Below, in pieces: positions 37,169 to 49,711 of a DNA stretch of 64,000 nt. The stretch is from assembly GCA_963796055.1 (NCBI GenBank), contig CAWCKH010000004.1:320001-384000 (forward strand), given 5' to 3'. A model generated the notes under the pieces. That model was not told the origin of the DNA and made no database searches. It saw nothing but the letters and a program-made list of their open reading frames with translations. The translations under genes and the position numbers were made by a program. How positions within the stretch are numbered: the stretch's first letter is position 1; every line of letters starts with the position of its first letter. The stretch comes from an uncultured delta proteobacterium (GTDB lineage: Bacteria > Myxococcota > Myxococcia > Myxococcales > Myxococcaceae).

Positions 37169-38569
37169 ATGCGACTCGCCGCTCTGCTGCTGCTCGCCTC
37201 GGCCACCACCGTCGCCGCCCCGCCTCGCACGTTCCGGATCGACTACTTCCACACCGGAAGCGGGGGGAAGGAGATCTTCAGCCTCGACCGGCTCACCGTG
37301 GAGCCGCTGCCCTGGCCGGGGAATCCCGGCCGACCCATCGACGACACCGACCTGGGCAAGTACCGGTTCCAGGTGCGCGACGCGACGAGCAAGGACCTCC
37401 TCTACTCGCGCGGGTTCAGCTCCATCTACGGCGAGTGGGAGGACACCCAGGAGGCGAAGGAGCGGGCGCGCACCTTCGAGGAGTCGCTGCGTTTTCCGCT
37501 GCCCTCCGGCCCGGTGGAGGTGACGCTGGAGAAGCGCGACCAGAAGAACGCCTTCCTCCCGCTGTGGACCTTCAAGGTCGACCCGAAGGACCAGACCGTG
37601 AGCGACGCCGCTCCCGACAGTCCCGGTCCCCTCGTTCCCTTCCTCAAGAATGGCCCCTCCGCGTCGAAGGTGGACGTGCTCATCCTCGGCGACGGCTACA
37701 CCCGGGCGCAGCGGGGCAAGTTCGAGAAGGACGCCCGGCGGCTGGTGTCGATCCTCTTCTCTCAGTCGCCGTTCAGAGAGCGGAAGCAGGACTTCAACGT
37801 CTGGGGCCTCTGCCCCGAGTCCCGCGAGCCGGGCATCTCCCGCCCCTCCACCGGCATCCACCGCCGGAGCCGCATCGGCGCCACCTACGACGCGTTCGGG
37901 AGCGAGCGGTACATCCTCACCTTCGACAACCGCTCCTTCCGCGACGTGGCCTCCTTCGCCCCCTACGAGTTCGTGGAGATCCTGGTCAACGGGAACACCT
38001 ATGGCGGCGGGGGCATCTTCGGGCTGTACAGCACCGTGGCCGCCGACTCGGTCTGGTCGCCCTACGTCTTCGTCCACGAGTTCGGGCACCACTTCGCCGC
38101 ACTGGCGGACGAGTACTTCACCTCGGACAGCCCCTTGGTTCCCTCGGCCGACCGGGTGGAGCCCTGGGAGCCCAACGTCACCGCGCTGAAGGACCCCGCG
38201 CAGCTCAAGTGGAAGGCCCTGGTCTCGCCCGGGACGCCCCTCCCGACGCCCTGGCGCAAGGAGGAGTTCGAGAGCTTCAGCCGCGCGATCCAGATCGAGC
38301 GGAAGAAGATCCGCGCCGATCGCCGGCCCGAATCGGAGATGGACGCGCTCTTCACCCGCGAGAAGAAGGAGGTCACCCGCCTGCTGGGCACCGACCAGTA
38401 CTCGGGCAAGGTGGGCGCCTTCGAGGGCGCGATGTACGAGTCCCGCGGCTACTTCCGGCCCGAGGAGGACTGCATCATGTTCACCCGCGACGAGGTGCCG
38501 TTCTGCCGCGTCTGCCAGGCGGCCCTCTCGCGCATCATCGACCTCTACGTGAAGGGCCCGCCGCAGTGA
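37169..38569 (+). CDS. Peptidase M64 family protein, secreted
   Basis: Signal peptide; RIDYFHTG, ILGDGYT, YGGGGIF, HEFGHHFAALADEY, CIM..FCRVC. Confidence 0.9.
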   Translation: MRLAALLLLASATTVAAPPRTFRIDYFHTGSGGKEIFSLDRLTVEPLPWPGNPGRPIDDTDLGKYRFQVRDATSKDLLYSRGFSSIYGEWEDTQEAKERARTFEESLRFPLPSGPVEVTLEKRDQKNAFLPLWTFKVDPKDQTVSDAAPDSPGPLVPFLKNGPSASKVDVLILGDGYTRAQRGKFEKDARRLVSILFSQSPFRERKQDFNVWGLCPESREPGISRPSTGIHRRSRIGATYDAFGSERYILTFDNRSFRDVASFAPYEFVEILVNGNTYGGGGIFGLYSTVAADSVWSPYVFVHEFGHHFAALADEYFTSDSPLVPSADRVEPWEPNVTALKDPAQLKWKALVSPGTPLPTPWRKEEFESFSRAIQIERKKIRADRRPESEMDALFTREKKEVTRLLGTDQYSGKVGAFEGAMYESRGYFRPEEDCIMFTRDEVPFCRVCQAALSRIIDLYVKGPPQ

Positions 38570-38949
38570 CGCGGGTCGCGCTGGTGGCGCTGGGCGGGGC
38601 CATCGGTTCGGTCGCCCGCTACGGGGTCGGGGCGCTGGCCGCGCAGCTGCTCGGGCCGGCCTTTCCCTGGGGCACGCTCCTGGTCAACCTCACCGGCTCC
38701 TTCCTCATCGCCCTGGTGATGCACGTCGCCCTGAGCGGGACGGTCATCTCGCTCGAGCTCCGCATCTTCCTCACCACCGGAGTCATGGGCGGGTTCACCA
38801 CCTACTCCTCGTTCAACTACGAGACGCTGGCGCTGCTGAACCAGCGGGCGTATGGCCTCGCGGGACTGAACCTGGCCGCCACCGTGCTCGGGTGCCTCGC
38901 CGCGGGGGTCCTGGGCCTCGCGGCCGGACGCGCGGTGGCAGGAGGCTGA
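38566..38949 (+). CDS. crcB: Fluoride channel CrcB/FluC
   Basis: GGAIGSVARY, FPWGTLLVNLTGS, GVMGGFTTYSSF. Confidence 0.94.
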   Translation: MTRVALVALGGAIGSVARYGVGALAAQLLGPAFPWGTLLVNLTGSFLIALVMHVALSGTVISLELRIFLTTGVMGGFTTYSSFNYETLALLNQRAYGLAGLNLAATVLGCLAAGVLGLAAGRAVAGG

Positions 38950-38952
38950 GCG

Positions 38953-39312
38953 ATGGGTCACCGGGTGCTCGAGGGCGAGCAGACTCTGCTGAGAATCTTC
39001 CTCGGCGAATCCGACCTCTGGCACGGCCGCCCGCTGCACCTCGCCCTGCTCGAGCGGCTCCGGAAGGAGGGCGCGGCCGGGGTCACCGTCCTCCGCGGCA
39101 TCGCCGGGTTCGGGGCGCGCAGCGTCGTGCACACCACCCACATCCTCCGGCTGAGCGAGGACCTGCCCATCGTGCTCGAGCTGGTGGACACGCCCGAGCA
39201 CGTGGAGCGCCTGCTCCCCATCCTGGACGAGATGGTGAGCGAGGGCCTGGTCACGATGGAGAAGGTCCGGGTGGTGAAGTACGCCCCCGGGGTCCGGCCC
39301 GCTCCGGCCTGA
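38953..39312 (+). CDS. DUF190 (PII-like) protein
   Basis: LRIFLGESD, GVTVLRGIAGFG, LRLSEDLPIVLELVD; usual crcB neighbour. Confidence 0.92.
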   Translation: MGHRVLEGEQTLLRIFLGESDLWHGRPLHLALLERLRKEGAAGVTVLRGIAGFGARSVVHTTHILRLSEDLPIVLELVDTPEHVERLLPILDEMVSEGLVTMEKVRVVKYAPGVRPAPA

Positions 39313-39436
39313 CCGCTCCCGCCTCAGGGCGCTCGATTCCCACCCGCCCTGCACAGTCGGCCTCCGTGCGGCGCACTGGCGACTGTGCTGGCGCCTTCCC
39401 CTCTGGCTCCGGTAAGGGGGACGCGGAGGACGCCAC

Positions 39437-40738
39437 GTGGCTCTCGACCTGAACGACACCCTGGGGCACCCGCGGGACCCCGACACCGTCAGCGGCATGG
39501 CCCGGGGGCTGATGGGAAGCGAGATCCTCAAGGTCGCGGGCGAGATCCGCGCGCTGGTGGCAAAGGGGCAGAAGGTCTGCAACCTCACCGTGGGCGACTT
39601 CAGCCCCCGCGAGTTTCCGATCCCCGCCGGCCTGCGCGACTTCATCGGCGAGGCGCTCCGGGCCGGGGAGACGAACTACCCGCCGGCGGACGGCATGCCC
39701 GAGCTTCGGCAAGCGGTGCAGCGCTTCTACGCCCGCGGCCTCGGGTTGCACTACCCGCTGGAGAGCATCGTCATCGCCAGCGGAGCGCGGCCGGTGGTCT
39801 ACGGGACGTTCCGCACCGTGGTCGACCCCGGGGACGTGGTCATCTACCCGGTGCCCAGCTGGAACAACCAGTACTACGTCTACATGGTGGGGGCGAAGGG
39901 CGCGGTGGTGCCCACGTATCCCGAGCAAGGGTTCATGCCCACGGTCGAGCAGGTCCGCCCGTACCTGCCGCGCGCCCGCCTGCTCTGCCTGGGCAGCCCG
40001 CTCAACCCCACCGGGACCATGTTCGCCGCCGAGCAGCTCAAGGCTCTGTGCGAGGCGGTGGTGGAGGAGAACCTCGAGCGCAAGCACGCCGGGCGCCCGC
40101 CGGTCATCGTGATGTACGACCAGATCTACTGGGTGCTCACCTACGACGGGGAGAAGCACGTGACGCCGGTGGGGCTGGTTCCCGAGATGGCCCCCTACAC
40201 CGTGTTCGTCGACGGGATCTCCAAGGCGTTCGCCGCCACCGGCGTCCGGGTGGGCTGGGGGGTGGGACCGCCGTCCATCATCTCCAGGATGAAGGACCTC
40301 ATCGGGCACACCGGTGCGTGGGCGCCCCGGGCCGAGCAGGTCGCCTCGGCGCGCTTCCTCGACGACGTGCCGGCGATGGAGCGCTACCTGGTCGAGATGC
40401 GCCGCGGGGTGGAGTCACGGCTCCAGGCGCTCCACCATGGGGTGATGGAGCTCCGCAACCGCGGCCTCCCGGTGAGCGACATCGCCCCGCAGGGCGCGAT
40501 CTACCTGTCGGTGCACTTCGACCTCGTCGGCCGCGCCGGCATCCGCGGCAACGAGGACATCCGGAAGCTGCTGCTCGAGGGTGCCGGCTTCGCGGCGGTG
40601 CCCTTCCAGGCCTTCGGGCTCCAGGACGAGACCGGCTGGTTCCGCTGCAGCGTGGGTGCAGTGTCCGAGGCTGAGATCCGCGAGGTCCTGCCGCGCGTCG
40701 AGTCCGTGCTCCGGACGGTGGTGGACGCCGCGGCCTGA
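39437..40738 (+). CDS. Class I/II PLP-dependent aminotransferase (aspartate aminotransferase-like)
   Basis: NLTVGDF, YPPADGMPELR, SPLNPTG, YDQIY, DGISKAFAATGVRVGW. Confidence 0.92.
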   Translation: MALDLNDTLGHPRDPDTVSGMARGLMGSEILKVAGEIRALVAKGQKVCNLTVGDFSPREFPIPAGLRDFIGEALRAGETNYPPADGMPELRQAVQRFYARGLGLHYPLESIVIASGARPVVYGTFRTVVDPGDVVIYPVPSWNNQYYVYMVGAKGAVVPTYPEQGFMPTVEQVRPYLPRARLLCLGSPLNPTGTMFAAEQLKALCEAVVEENLERKHAGRPPVIVMYDQIYWVLTYDGEKHVTPVGLVPEMAPYTVFVDGISKAFAATGVRVGWGVGPPSIISRMKDLIGHTGAWAPRAEQVASARFLDDVPAMERYLVEMRRGVESRLQALHHGVMELRNRGLPVSDIAPQGAIYLSVHFDLVGRAGIRGNEDIRKLLLEGAGFAAVPFQAFGLQDETGWFRCSVGAVSEAEIREVLPRVESVLRTVVDAAA

Positions 40739-40739
40739 C

Positions 40740-42314
40740 TCACGCCAGCAGGCTGTCCCGGGCTCGCTGCTCGAAGGCGGAGAGCTCGGACTGCACCCAC
40801 GCCTCGTCCCGCCCGAGCTCGCGGGCGATCACCCGGGCCACCGCTGGCGCGCACTCCAGCGCGGCGCGGGCATCGAGCACCAGCGCCCGGGTGCGGCGGG
40901 AGAGCACGTCCTCCAGCGAGCGGGCCATCTCCTGCCGCACCGCCCAGGCCACCTCGCACAGGAGGTACGGTAGCCGCGGGTGCATCGGGACGGCGAGCTC
41001 CGGGTCCGACTCGGCCAGCGCGCGCACCATGTCCGCGTCGGTGCCGTAGGCGGCGAGCATCTCGCTCGGCGTTCCGGCAGTGGAGTGCGTGACCTGCTCG
41101 TCCTCGGGCGCGCCGTGCAGCCTGAGCTCGGCGGTGGACGAGGGGCGTGGCGGGAGGCCGGCCACCCGGGCCGCATGGTCCACCACGTCCTCGCCCATCC
41201 GGCGGTAGGTGGTCCACTTCCCGCCGACGATGGTGACCAGCCCGCTCGGGCTCTCGAACACGCTGTGATCACGGCTGAGCGTCGCCGTCCGCTCCGCCCC
41301 CTCGGTCCGGACCAGCGGCCGGAGCCCGGCGTAGACGCTCAGCACGTCCTCGGGGCGTGGGTCCCGTGTCAGGTAGCGCGCGGCGTGCTCGAGGAGAAAC
41401 GCCACCTCTTGCTCCAGCGGCCGCGGCTCGACGCTCACCTCGGGGACCGGGGTGTCGGTCGTCCCGACCAGCGCCCGCTTGTGCCAGGGAACGACGAAGA
41501 GCACCCGGCCGTCGTCGGTCCTGGGAATCATCAGGGCGTGGGCGCCCGGAAGGAACGTGTCGGGCAACACGAGATGCACTCCCTGGGAGGGTGCCACCAG
41601 CGGCGCCGCCCCGGGCTCGTCCATCCGCCGGATCGCGTCGGCGAAGATGCCGGTGGCGTTGATGACCACCCGCGCTTGCACCTCGTGCTCCCGGCCCGAC
41701 TCCTCGTCGCGCACGTGGACCCCGCGCACCCGGTCCCCGCTCTTCAGCAGGCCGGTCACGCTGGCGTGGTTCACCAGCACCGCACCGAGGTCGTCCGCGG
41801 TGAGGGCCAGGGTCACCGCCAGCCGCGCGTCGTCGAACTGACCGTCGAAGTACCGGACACCGCCCTTCAGCTGGTCGGGCTCGAGGGTGGGGATGCGCTC
41901 CAGCACCTGCGCCCGGGAGAGCAGCTGGCTCGTGCCCAGCCGGTGCCGCCCGGCGAGCACGTCGTACAGCTTGAGACCCACCCCGTAGTACGGGCCGGAC
42001 CACCAGGCGTACGCCGGGACGACGAATTCGAGATCTCCCACCAGGTGCGGCGCGTTCCGCCGGAGCCGCCCCCGCTCGAGCAGCGCCTCGCGGACCAGCC
42101 CCACGTTCCCCTGCGCCAGGTAGCGGACCCCGCCATGGACCAGCTTGGTCGAGCGGCTGGAGGTCCCCTGCGCGAAGTCCCGGGCCTCGAGCAGCACCGT
42201 CCGATAGCCGCGGGCGGCCGCCTCCACCGCCGCACCGAGGCCGGTGGCGCCGCCGCCGACGATGGCGAGGTCGAAGGGCTCCGAGAGGCAGTCGAGGTTG
42301 CGTGCGCGGTCCAT
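40740..42314 (-). CDS. glpD: FAD-dependent glycerol-3-phosphate dehydrogenase/oxidase
   Basis: IVGGGATGLG, GTSSRSTKLVHGGVRYL, FDDARL, GGKWTTYR. Confidence 0.94.
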   Translation of the reverse strand: MDRARNLDCLSEPFDLAIVGGGATGLGAAVEAAARGYRTVLLEARDFAQGTSSRSTKLVHGGVRYLAQGNVGLVREALLERGRLRRNAPHLVGDLEFVVPAYAWWSGPYYGVGLKLYDVLAGRHRLGTSQLLSRAQVLERIPTLEPDQLKGGVRYFDGQFDDARLAVTLALTADDLGAVLVNHASVTGLLKSGDRVRGVHVRDEESGREHEVQARVVINATGIFADAIRRMDEPGAAPLVAPSQGVHLVLPDTFLPGAHALMIPRTDDGRVLFVVPWHKRALVGTTDTPVPEVSVEPRPLEQEVAFLLEHAARYLTRDPRPEDVLSVYAGLRPLVRTEGAERTATLSRDHSVFESPSGLVTIVGGKWTTYRRMGEDVVDHAARVAGLPPRPSSTAELRLHGAPEDEQVTHSTAGTPSEMLAAYGTDADMVRALAESDPELAVPMHPRLPYLLCEVAWAVRQEMARSLEDVLSRRTRALVLDARAALECAPAVARVIARELGRDEAWVQSELSAFEQRARDSLLA

Positions 42315-42403
42315 CGCCTGGGTGGCAGGAACGCTAGCAGCGACGCGGCAAAAGCCGATGCCCTCTTCCCTCCGGGCATCCTGCCGGTGCATGGTCGCTC
42401 GCC

Positions 42404-42682
42404 GTGGCCACCACACCGTTCTACCCGTTCGTTCCCCGTCGGCAGCGCCCCCAGGTCACCAAGGAGCCGGACGCCGGCGGGCGCTGGACGCACCTGTTCC
42501 CGGACATGATCGGCGACGGGCAGCAGGGCGGGGGCTCGGTACCGGCCGACTTCGTCTGGCGAACCGACCCCAAGCAGTGGCAGGAGGAGCTGACCGACGC
42601 CGAGCTCCGCAAGGAGGCGGAGGCGCACCACGCCCTCCCCGAGGCCATCCTTCCGGTCGCGCTGCCTCCCGGCGAAGGCTGA
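42404..42682 (+). CDS. Small acidic hypothetical protein
   Basis: Coding-like GC3 bias; fills the gap between glpD and the TauE gene. Confidence 0.55.
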   Translation: MATTPFYPFVPRRQRPQVTKEPDAGGRWTHLFPDMIGDGQQGGGSVPADFVWRTDPKQWQEELTDAELRKEAEAHHALPEAILPVALPPGEG

Positions 42683-42784
42683 GACTCGAAAGGCGAGCTC
42701 CGCCCCGACCCGCCAAACCGGCAGCTCTTTCCGTTGCCCGCTGCTCGAGGCGTGGCGCGACCGGCCGCTGCGCCGCGACCCGGG

Positions 42785-43564
42785 TCACTTCACGAGCATG
42801 TAGAGGCCGATGCCCAGTCCGATGACGATGATCACCCAGCGCACCATCGCCTCGCCGATGCGCTGCGCGAACCAGGCCCCGGAGTAGCCGCCCAGCACCG
42901 CTCCCACCGCCATCAGGAATGCCAGCGGCCAGTGCACGTGCCGGCCCACCGCGAAGTACACCGCGGCGACGCCGTTGATGCACACCGCCGCGAAGTTCTT
43001 CAGCCCGTTCATCTGGTGGATGTTGGTCAACCCCACCAGCCCGAGCTCCGCCAGCATCAGGATGCCCATCCCCGCCCCGAAGAAGCCGCCGTACACCGCC
43101 ACCACGAACTGCGCGGCGCCGAGCCACCAGACGTTCACCTCGTCGAGACCGCGGGGTTCGGTCGCGGTGCTGCGGTGCTCGCGCCAGCGTCGGAGGGGCT
43201 CCTGGACGATGAACAGCGCGGTCGCGCCGAGGATCAGCCAGGGCACCAGGGCCCGGAACAGCGCGTCCCCGGCCACCACCACCAGCCAGGCTCCGACCAG
43301 CCCGCCGGCGATGCTGGTGATCACCAGCGCGATCAGCACCCGCTTGCTGTGGGACCCGAGCTCTCCCCGGAACGCCCAGCCGGCGCTCAGCGACCCCGGG
43401 ACCAGGGCCACGCTGTTGGTCGCGTTCGCCGCGACCGGGCTCACCCCGGCGGCGAGCAGCGCGGGAAAGGTGAGCAGAGTTCCCCCTCCGGCCAGCGCGT
43501 TCATCGCTCCTGCCGGGATGGCGGTCAGGAAGAGAAAGAGGAGATAGCCGGGGTGGGAGGGCAC
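42785..43564 (-). CDS. TauE/SafE sulfite exporter family protein
   Basis: NALAGGGTLLTFP, ANATN, YGGFFGAGMG. Confidence 0.92.
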   Translation of the reverse strand: MPSHPGYLLFLFLTAIPAGAMNALAGGGTLLTFPALLAAGVSPVAANATNSVALVPGSLSAGWAFRGELGSHSKRVLIALVITSIAGGLVGAWLVVVAGDALFRALVPWLILGATALFIVQEPLRRWREHRSTATEPRGLDEVNVWWLGAAQFVVAVYGGFFGAGMGILMLAELGLVGLTNIHQMNGLKNFAAVCINGVAAVYFAVGRHVHWPLAFLMAVGAVLGGYSGAWFAQRIGEAMVRWVIIVIGLGIGLYMLVK

Positions 43565-43571
43565 GCCTGGC

Positions 43572-44960
43572 TCAGAGCGGATCGCGCTGGGCCATGGCGT
43601 TGTAGGTCGCGTACTTGTAGAGGTCGGAGAGCGTCGGGTAGTTGTAGCAGGTGTCGATGAAGAGCTGCGCCCCGGCCCCGCACAGCAACGCGGTCAAGCC
43701 GATGTGGACCAGCTCCGAGGCCTGCTCCCCGATGACGTGGACCCCGAGCAGCTTCATGTCCTCGTGCCGGAAGATGAGCTTCAGGAAGCCGCCACCATCG
43801 CCGATGATCTGCCCTCGGGCATTGGTGGCGTAGGCGGCGCGGCCCACCACGTACTCGACCCCGGCCTGCTTGCAGGACTCCTCGGTCTCGCCGGCCATCG
43901 ACAGCTCGGGGATGGTGTAGAGCCCGTAGGGCAGGATCCGGGCAATCCGGTCCTTCTGGTAGAGGTTGAAGGCGTGGGTGACCGCCACCCGTGCCTGCTC
44001 CATCGAGGTGGAGGCCAGCGCGGGGAAGCCGACGCAGTCGCCCGCCGCGTAGATGTGGGGGACCGTGGTCTGGTAGTGCTCGTTCACGATCACCCTCCCG
44101 CGCTCGCCGAGCTTGACCCCTACCTCCTCGAGCCCGATCCCCGCGGTGTTCGCGCTCCGGCCGGACGCGACCAGCAGCGCCGCGGCGGCGATGGTGTCCC
44201 CGCCCTTGAGCCCCAGGGTGATCCGCCCCTCCTCGACGTCCACCGACTCGACGGTGGCCGGCATCCGGAACTGCACGCCCAGCCCCTCCATCCGCGCCTT
44301 CAGACGGGTGGACATCTCGAGGTCGAGGAAGGAGAGCAGCGGCGTCCGGGCCTCGACCAGGGTGACGGGGATGCCGAGCGCGGCGAAGGTGCAGGCGTAC
44401 TCGCAGCCGATGACCCCGCCGCCCACCACCACCAGCGAGTGCGGAACCTCGGACATGAGGAGGATGCTGTCCGAGTCGTAGACTCCCGGCGCGGAGAAGT
44501 TGAACAGCGGGGGGTGGAACGGCGTGCTCCCGGTGGCGATGAGGATCACCTTCGCCGTGAGCCGCTCCTCGGCGCCCGGCCGGCGCACCAGCACCGTGTG
44601 GGGATCCACGATGCGGCCCTTGCCCTGGTACACGTCGGCCCCGTGCGACCGGAGGTTGTGGGCCACCCGCACCTGCTCCTCCTGGGCCACTGTCCGCTCG
44701 CGGAAGAGCAGCTCGCGAACTCCGGTCCGGGCCTCCAGCCGCATCTCGACTCCGTAGAGCCCACGCTGACGGAAATTGGACAGGAACAAGGAGGTTTCCC
44801 GGAGCGTCTTGGAGGGGAGCGTTCCGGTGTTCGCTCCTGCCCCGCCGAGGTTGGATTGCCGCTCGACCACGGCAACCTTCTTGCGGAAGTAGCCGGCCTG
44901 GGCCGCCCCCTTCTCGCCGGCGGGCCCCGAGCCGATCACCACCAGGTCGTACTCAGGCAT
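43572..44960 (-). CDS. sthA: Soluble pyridine nucleotide transhydrogenase
   Basis: YDLVVIGSGPAG, NTGTLPSKTLRE, GFPALASTSMEQ, YNYPTL. Confidence 0.92.
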   Translation of the reverse strand: MPEYDLVVIGSGPAGEKGAAQAGYFRKKVAVVERQSNLGGAGANTGTLPSKTLRETSLFLSNFRQRGLYGVEMRLEARTGVRELLFRERTVAQEEQVRVAHNLRSHGADVYQGKGRIVDPHTVLVRRPGAEERLTAKVILIATGSTPFHPPLFNFSAPGVYDSDSILLMSEVPHSLVVVGGGVIGCEYACTFAALGIPVTLVEARTPLLSFLDLEMSTRLKARMEGLGVQFRMPATVESVDVEEGRITLGLKGGDTIAAAALLVASGRSANTAGIGLEEVGVKLGERGRVIVNEHYQTTVPHIYAAGDCVGFPALASTSMEQARVAVTHAFNLYQKDRIARILPYGLYTIPELSMAGETEESCKQAGVEYVVGRAAYATNARGQIIGDGGGFLKLIFRHEDMKLLGVHVIGEQASELVHIGLTALLCGAGAQLFIDTCYNYPTLSDLYKYATYNAMAQRDPL

Positions 44961-45063
44961 CAGCAGAGGTTACAGCACGGGCGAGGGGACGATGCACCGT
45001 GACGTTCGGGTGGCGGACCGTCCGCCACACGCCTAGAGGTAGTCACCACCGGAGAAAACGCAC

Positions 45064-45555
45064 ATGCCCAAGCTCTACGCCACCAAGAACGACCTCCCCG
45101 AGGCCACGCGGACCAAGATCATCGCCCTGTGCAACGCCCGGCTCGCGGACGCCATCGATCTGCAGACCCAGGTCAAGCAGGCCCACTGGAACGTGAAGGG
45201 TCCGGACTTCATCGCCCTGCACAAGCTGTTCGACGAGATCAACGAGGATGTCGAGGAGTACGTCGACCTCACCGCCGAGCGGGTGGTCCAGCTGGGTGGG
45301 GTCGCCGAGGGCACCGCTCGCCTGGCGGTGAAAGCGAGCAAGCTGGCGGAGTACCCGGTGGAGATCGCCGACGGCCACGCCCACGTGGACGCGCTGTCCA
45401 GCGTGCTGGCCGCGTACGGGAAGCTCGCCCGCGCGGCGATCGACGAGTCGGACAAGCTGGGAGACAAGGACTCGGCGGACATCTTCACCGAGATCTCCCG
45501 CGGGGTGGACAAGTGGCTGTGGTTCCTGGAGGCCCACCTCCAGTCGAACCGCTGA
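45064..45555 (+). CDS. dps: DNA starvation/stationary phase protection protein
   Basis: KQAHWNVKGPDFIALHKLFDE, AERVVQLGG, DKWLWFLEAH. Confidence 0.96.
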   Translation: MPKLYATKNDLPEATRTKIIALCNARLADAIDLQTQVKQAHWNVKGPDFIALHKLFDEINEDVEEYVDLTAERVVQLGGVAEGTARLAVKASKLAEYPVEIADGHAHVDALSSVLAAYGKLARAAIDESDKLGDKDSADIFTEISRGVDKWLWFLEAHLQSNR

Positions 45556-45579
45556 CCCGGTGGTGGTAAGGGGGCGGCC

Positions 45580-46884
45580 ATGGCGCTGCCCCCGCTGACC
45601 GAGGCCCTGCAGCCCCTGCTGGAGTCGCTCGACGAGGCGCTGCACCAGCGCGATCGCGAGCGACAGGCCGGCCCCGCCGGGCGGAGGCCGGTGCAGGTGC
45701 TCTACGGCGGCGCTCACCTGTTCAAGCCGCGCGCGGCCGCCCGGTTGGGAACCCTGGCCCGCGCCGCGCTGGACGCCTACGCACCGGACGGGCCGACGTA
45801 CGCCCACGCGCTCGGGCTGTCGCTGAGCCCGACCCAGGCCACGGAGCTCCGCAAGCGGGTCATGGCCAAGCTCGAGCGCGAGCCGGTGGAGGACCTCCGG
45901 ATCGACTTCGAGGACGGCTACGGCATCCGTCCCGACGAGGAGGAGGACACGCACGCCGAGGCGGCGGGCGTGGCCCTCGAGCAGGGAGGCCGGGATGGAA
46001 GCCTGCCGCCGTTCATCGGCCTCCGGCTCAAGCCCTTCTCCGGGCGCACCGCGCGCCGGGCGCTCCGGACCCTGGAGCGGGTGGGAGCCCAGCTCGGTGG
46101 GGACCCCATCCCCGGCTTCGCGCTCACCGCCCCCAAGGTGGTGCTGCCCATCCAGGTGGAGCTGCTCCGCCGCTCGGCCGAGGCGCTGGAGCACCGGCTC
46201 GGCTGGCCCGCGGGAGCCATCGCGCTGGAGCTGATGGTGGAGACGCCGTCGGCGCTGGTCTCGCTCGATGGACGGCTGGGCATCCTCGCCCTGGTGGAGG
46301 CAGCCGGCGGACGCTGCCGCTCGGTGCACGTCGGTCCGTACGATCTCACGTCGGCGCTGGGCATCAGCGCGGCGCACCAGTGGCTCGGGCATCCCTCGGT
46401 AGAGCTGGTGCGGCGGTTGCTCCAGCTCGCGCTCTCCGGGACCGGGGTCACCGTCGTGGACGGCCCGACCACGCTCCTCCCGGTCGGCCCCCACCGCGAG
46501 CCGCGGAACGACGCCGAGCGCGCGGCGAACCGGGAGGCGGTGTTCCGCGCCTGGGCCCGGGCGGCGGACGACGTGCGGCGGGCGTACCGCGATGGCATCG
46601 TCCAGGGCTGGGACCTCCACCCCGCCCAGCTGCCGGCGCGCTACGGCGCGCTCTTCGCCACCCTGCGCGAGGAGATTCCCGCAGCGGCGGCGCGGCTGCG
46701 TCAGTTCCTCGATCAGTCGGCGCAGGCCACCCGCCTCGGCGCCGAGTTCGACGACGCGGCGACCGCCCGCGGCCTGCTCAATGGGCTGCGCCGCGCGGTG
46801 GAGTGCAGCGCGGCGACGACCGCGGAGATCGAGACCGCTCTCGGGCACTCGCTGGAGCACGCGCGCGAGCGCCTCGGCGCCTGA
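45580..46884 (+). CDS. HpcH/HpaI aldolase / citrate lyase-like TIM barrel (DUF6986-like)
   Basis: VLYGGAHLF, EDLRIDFEDGYG, LMVETP, QGWDLHPAQL, FDDAAT. Confidence 0.82.
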   Translation: MALPPLTEALQPLLESLDEALHQRDRERQAGPAGRRPVQVLYGGAHLFKPRAAARLGTLARAALDAYAPDGPTYAHALGLSLSPTQATELRKRVMAKLEREPVEDLRIDFEDGYGIRPDEEEDTHAEAAGVALEQGGRDGSLPPFIGLRLKPFSGRTARRALRTLERVGAQLGGDPIPGFALTAPKVVLPIQVELLRRSAEALEHRLGWPAGAIALELMVETPSALVSLDGRLGILALVEAAGGRCRSVHVGPYDLTSALGISAAHQWLGHPSVELVRRLLQLALSGTGVTVVDGPTTLLPVGPHREPRNDAERAANREAVFRAWARAADDVRRAYRDGIVQGWDLHPAQLPARYGALFATLREEIPAAAARLRQFLDQSAQATRLGAEFDDAATARGLLNGLRRAVECSAATTAEIETALGHSLEHARERLGA

Positions 46885-46923
46885 CCACGCCCTCTCTCCT
46901 CGACCCCTCGCCCAGCTGAGCGC

Positions 46924-49608
<2,685 letters not shown>

Positions 49609-49711
49609 GGTGGTTCAACCAAACCAGCACACGTCGGAGGCCGCAACGGGAGAACAGCGACAGGAAGCGGCATGCTCCGCGCCCCGCAGCTAATGAGATT
49701 CTCGCAGGACC

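Noticed and set aside
37435..38565. Long N-terminal extension of CrcB
   Set aside because: An alternative frame over the M64 gene; CrcB motifs start at 38566
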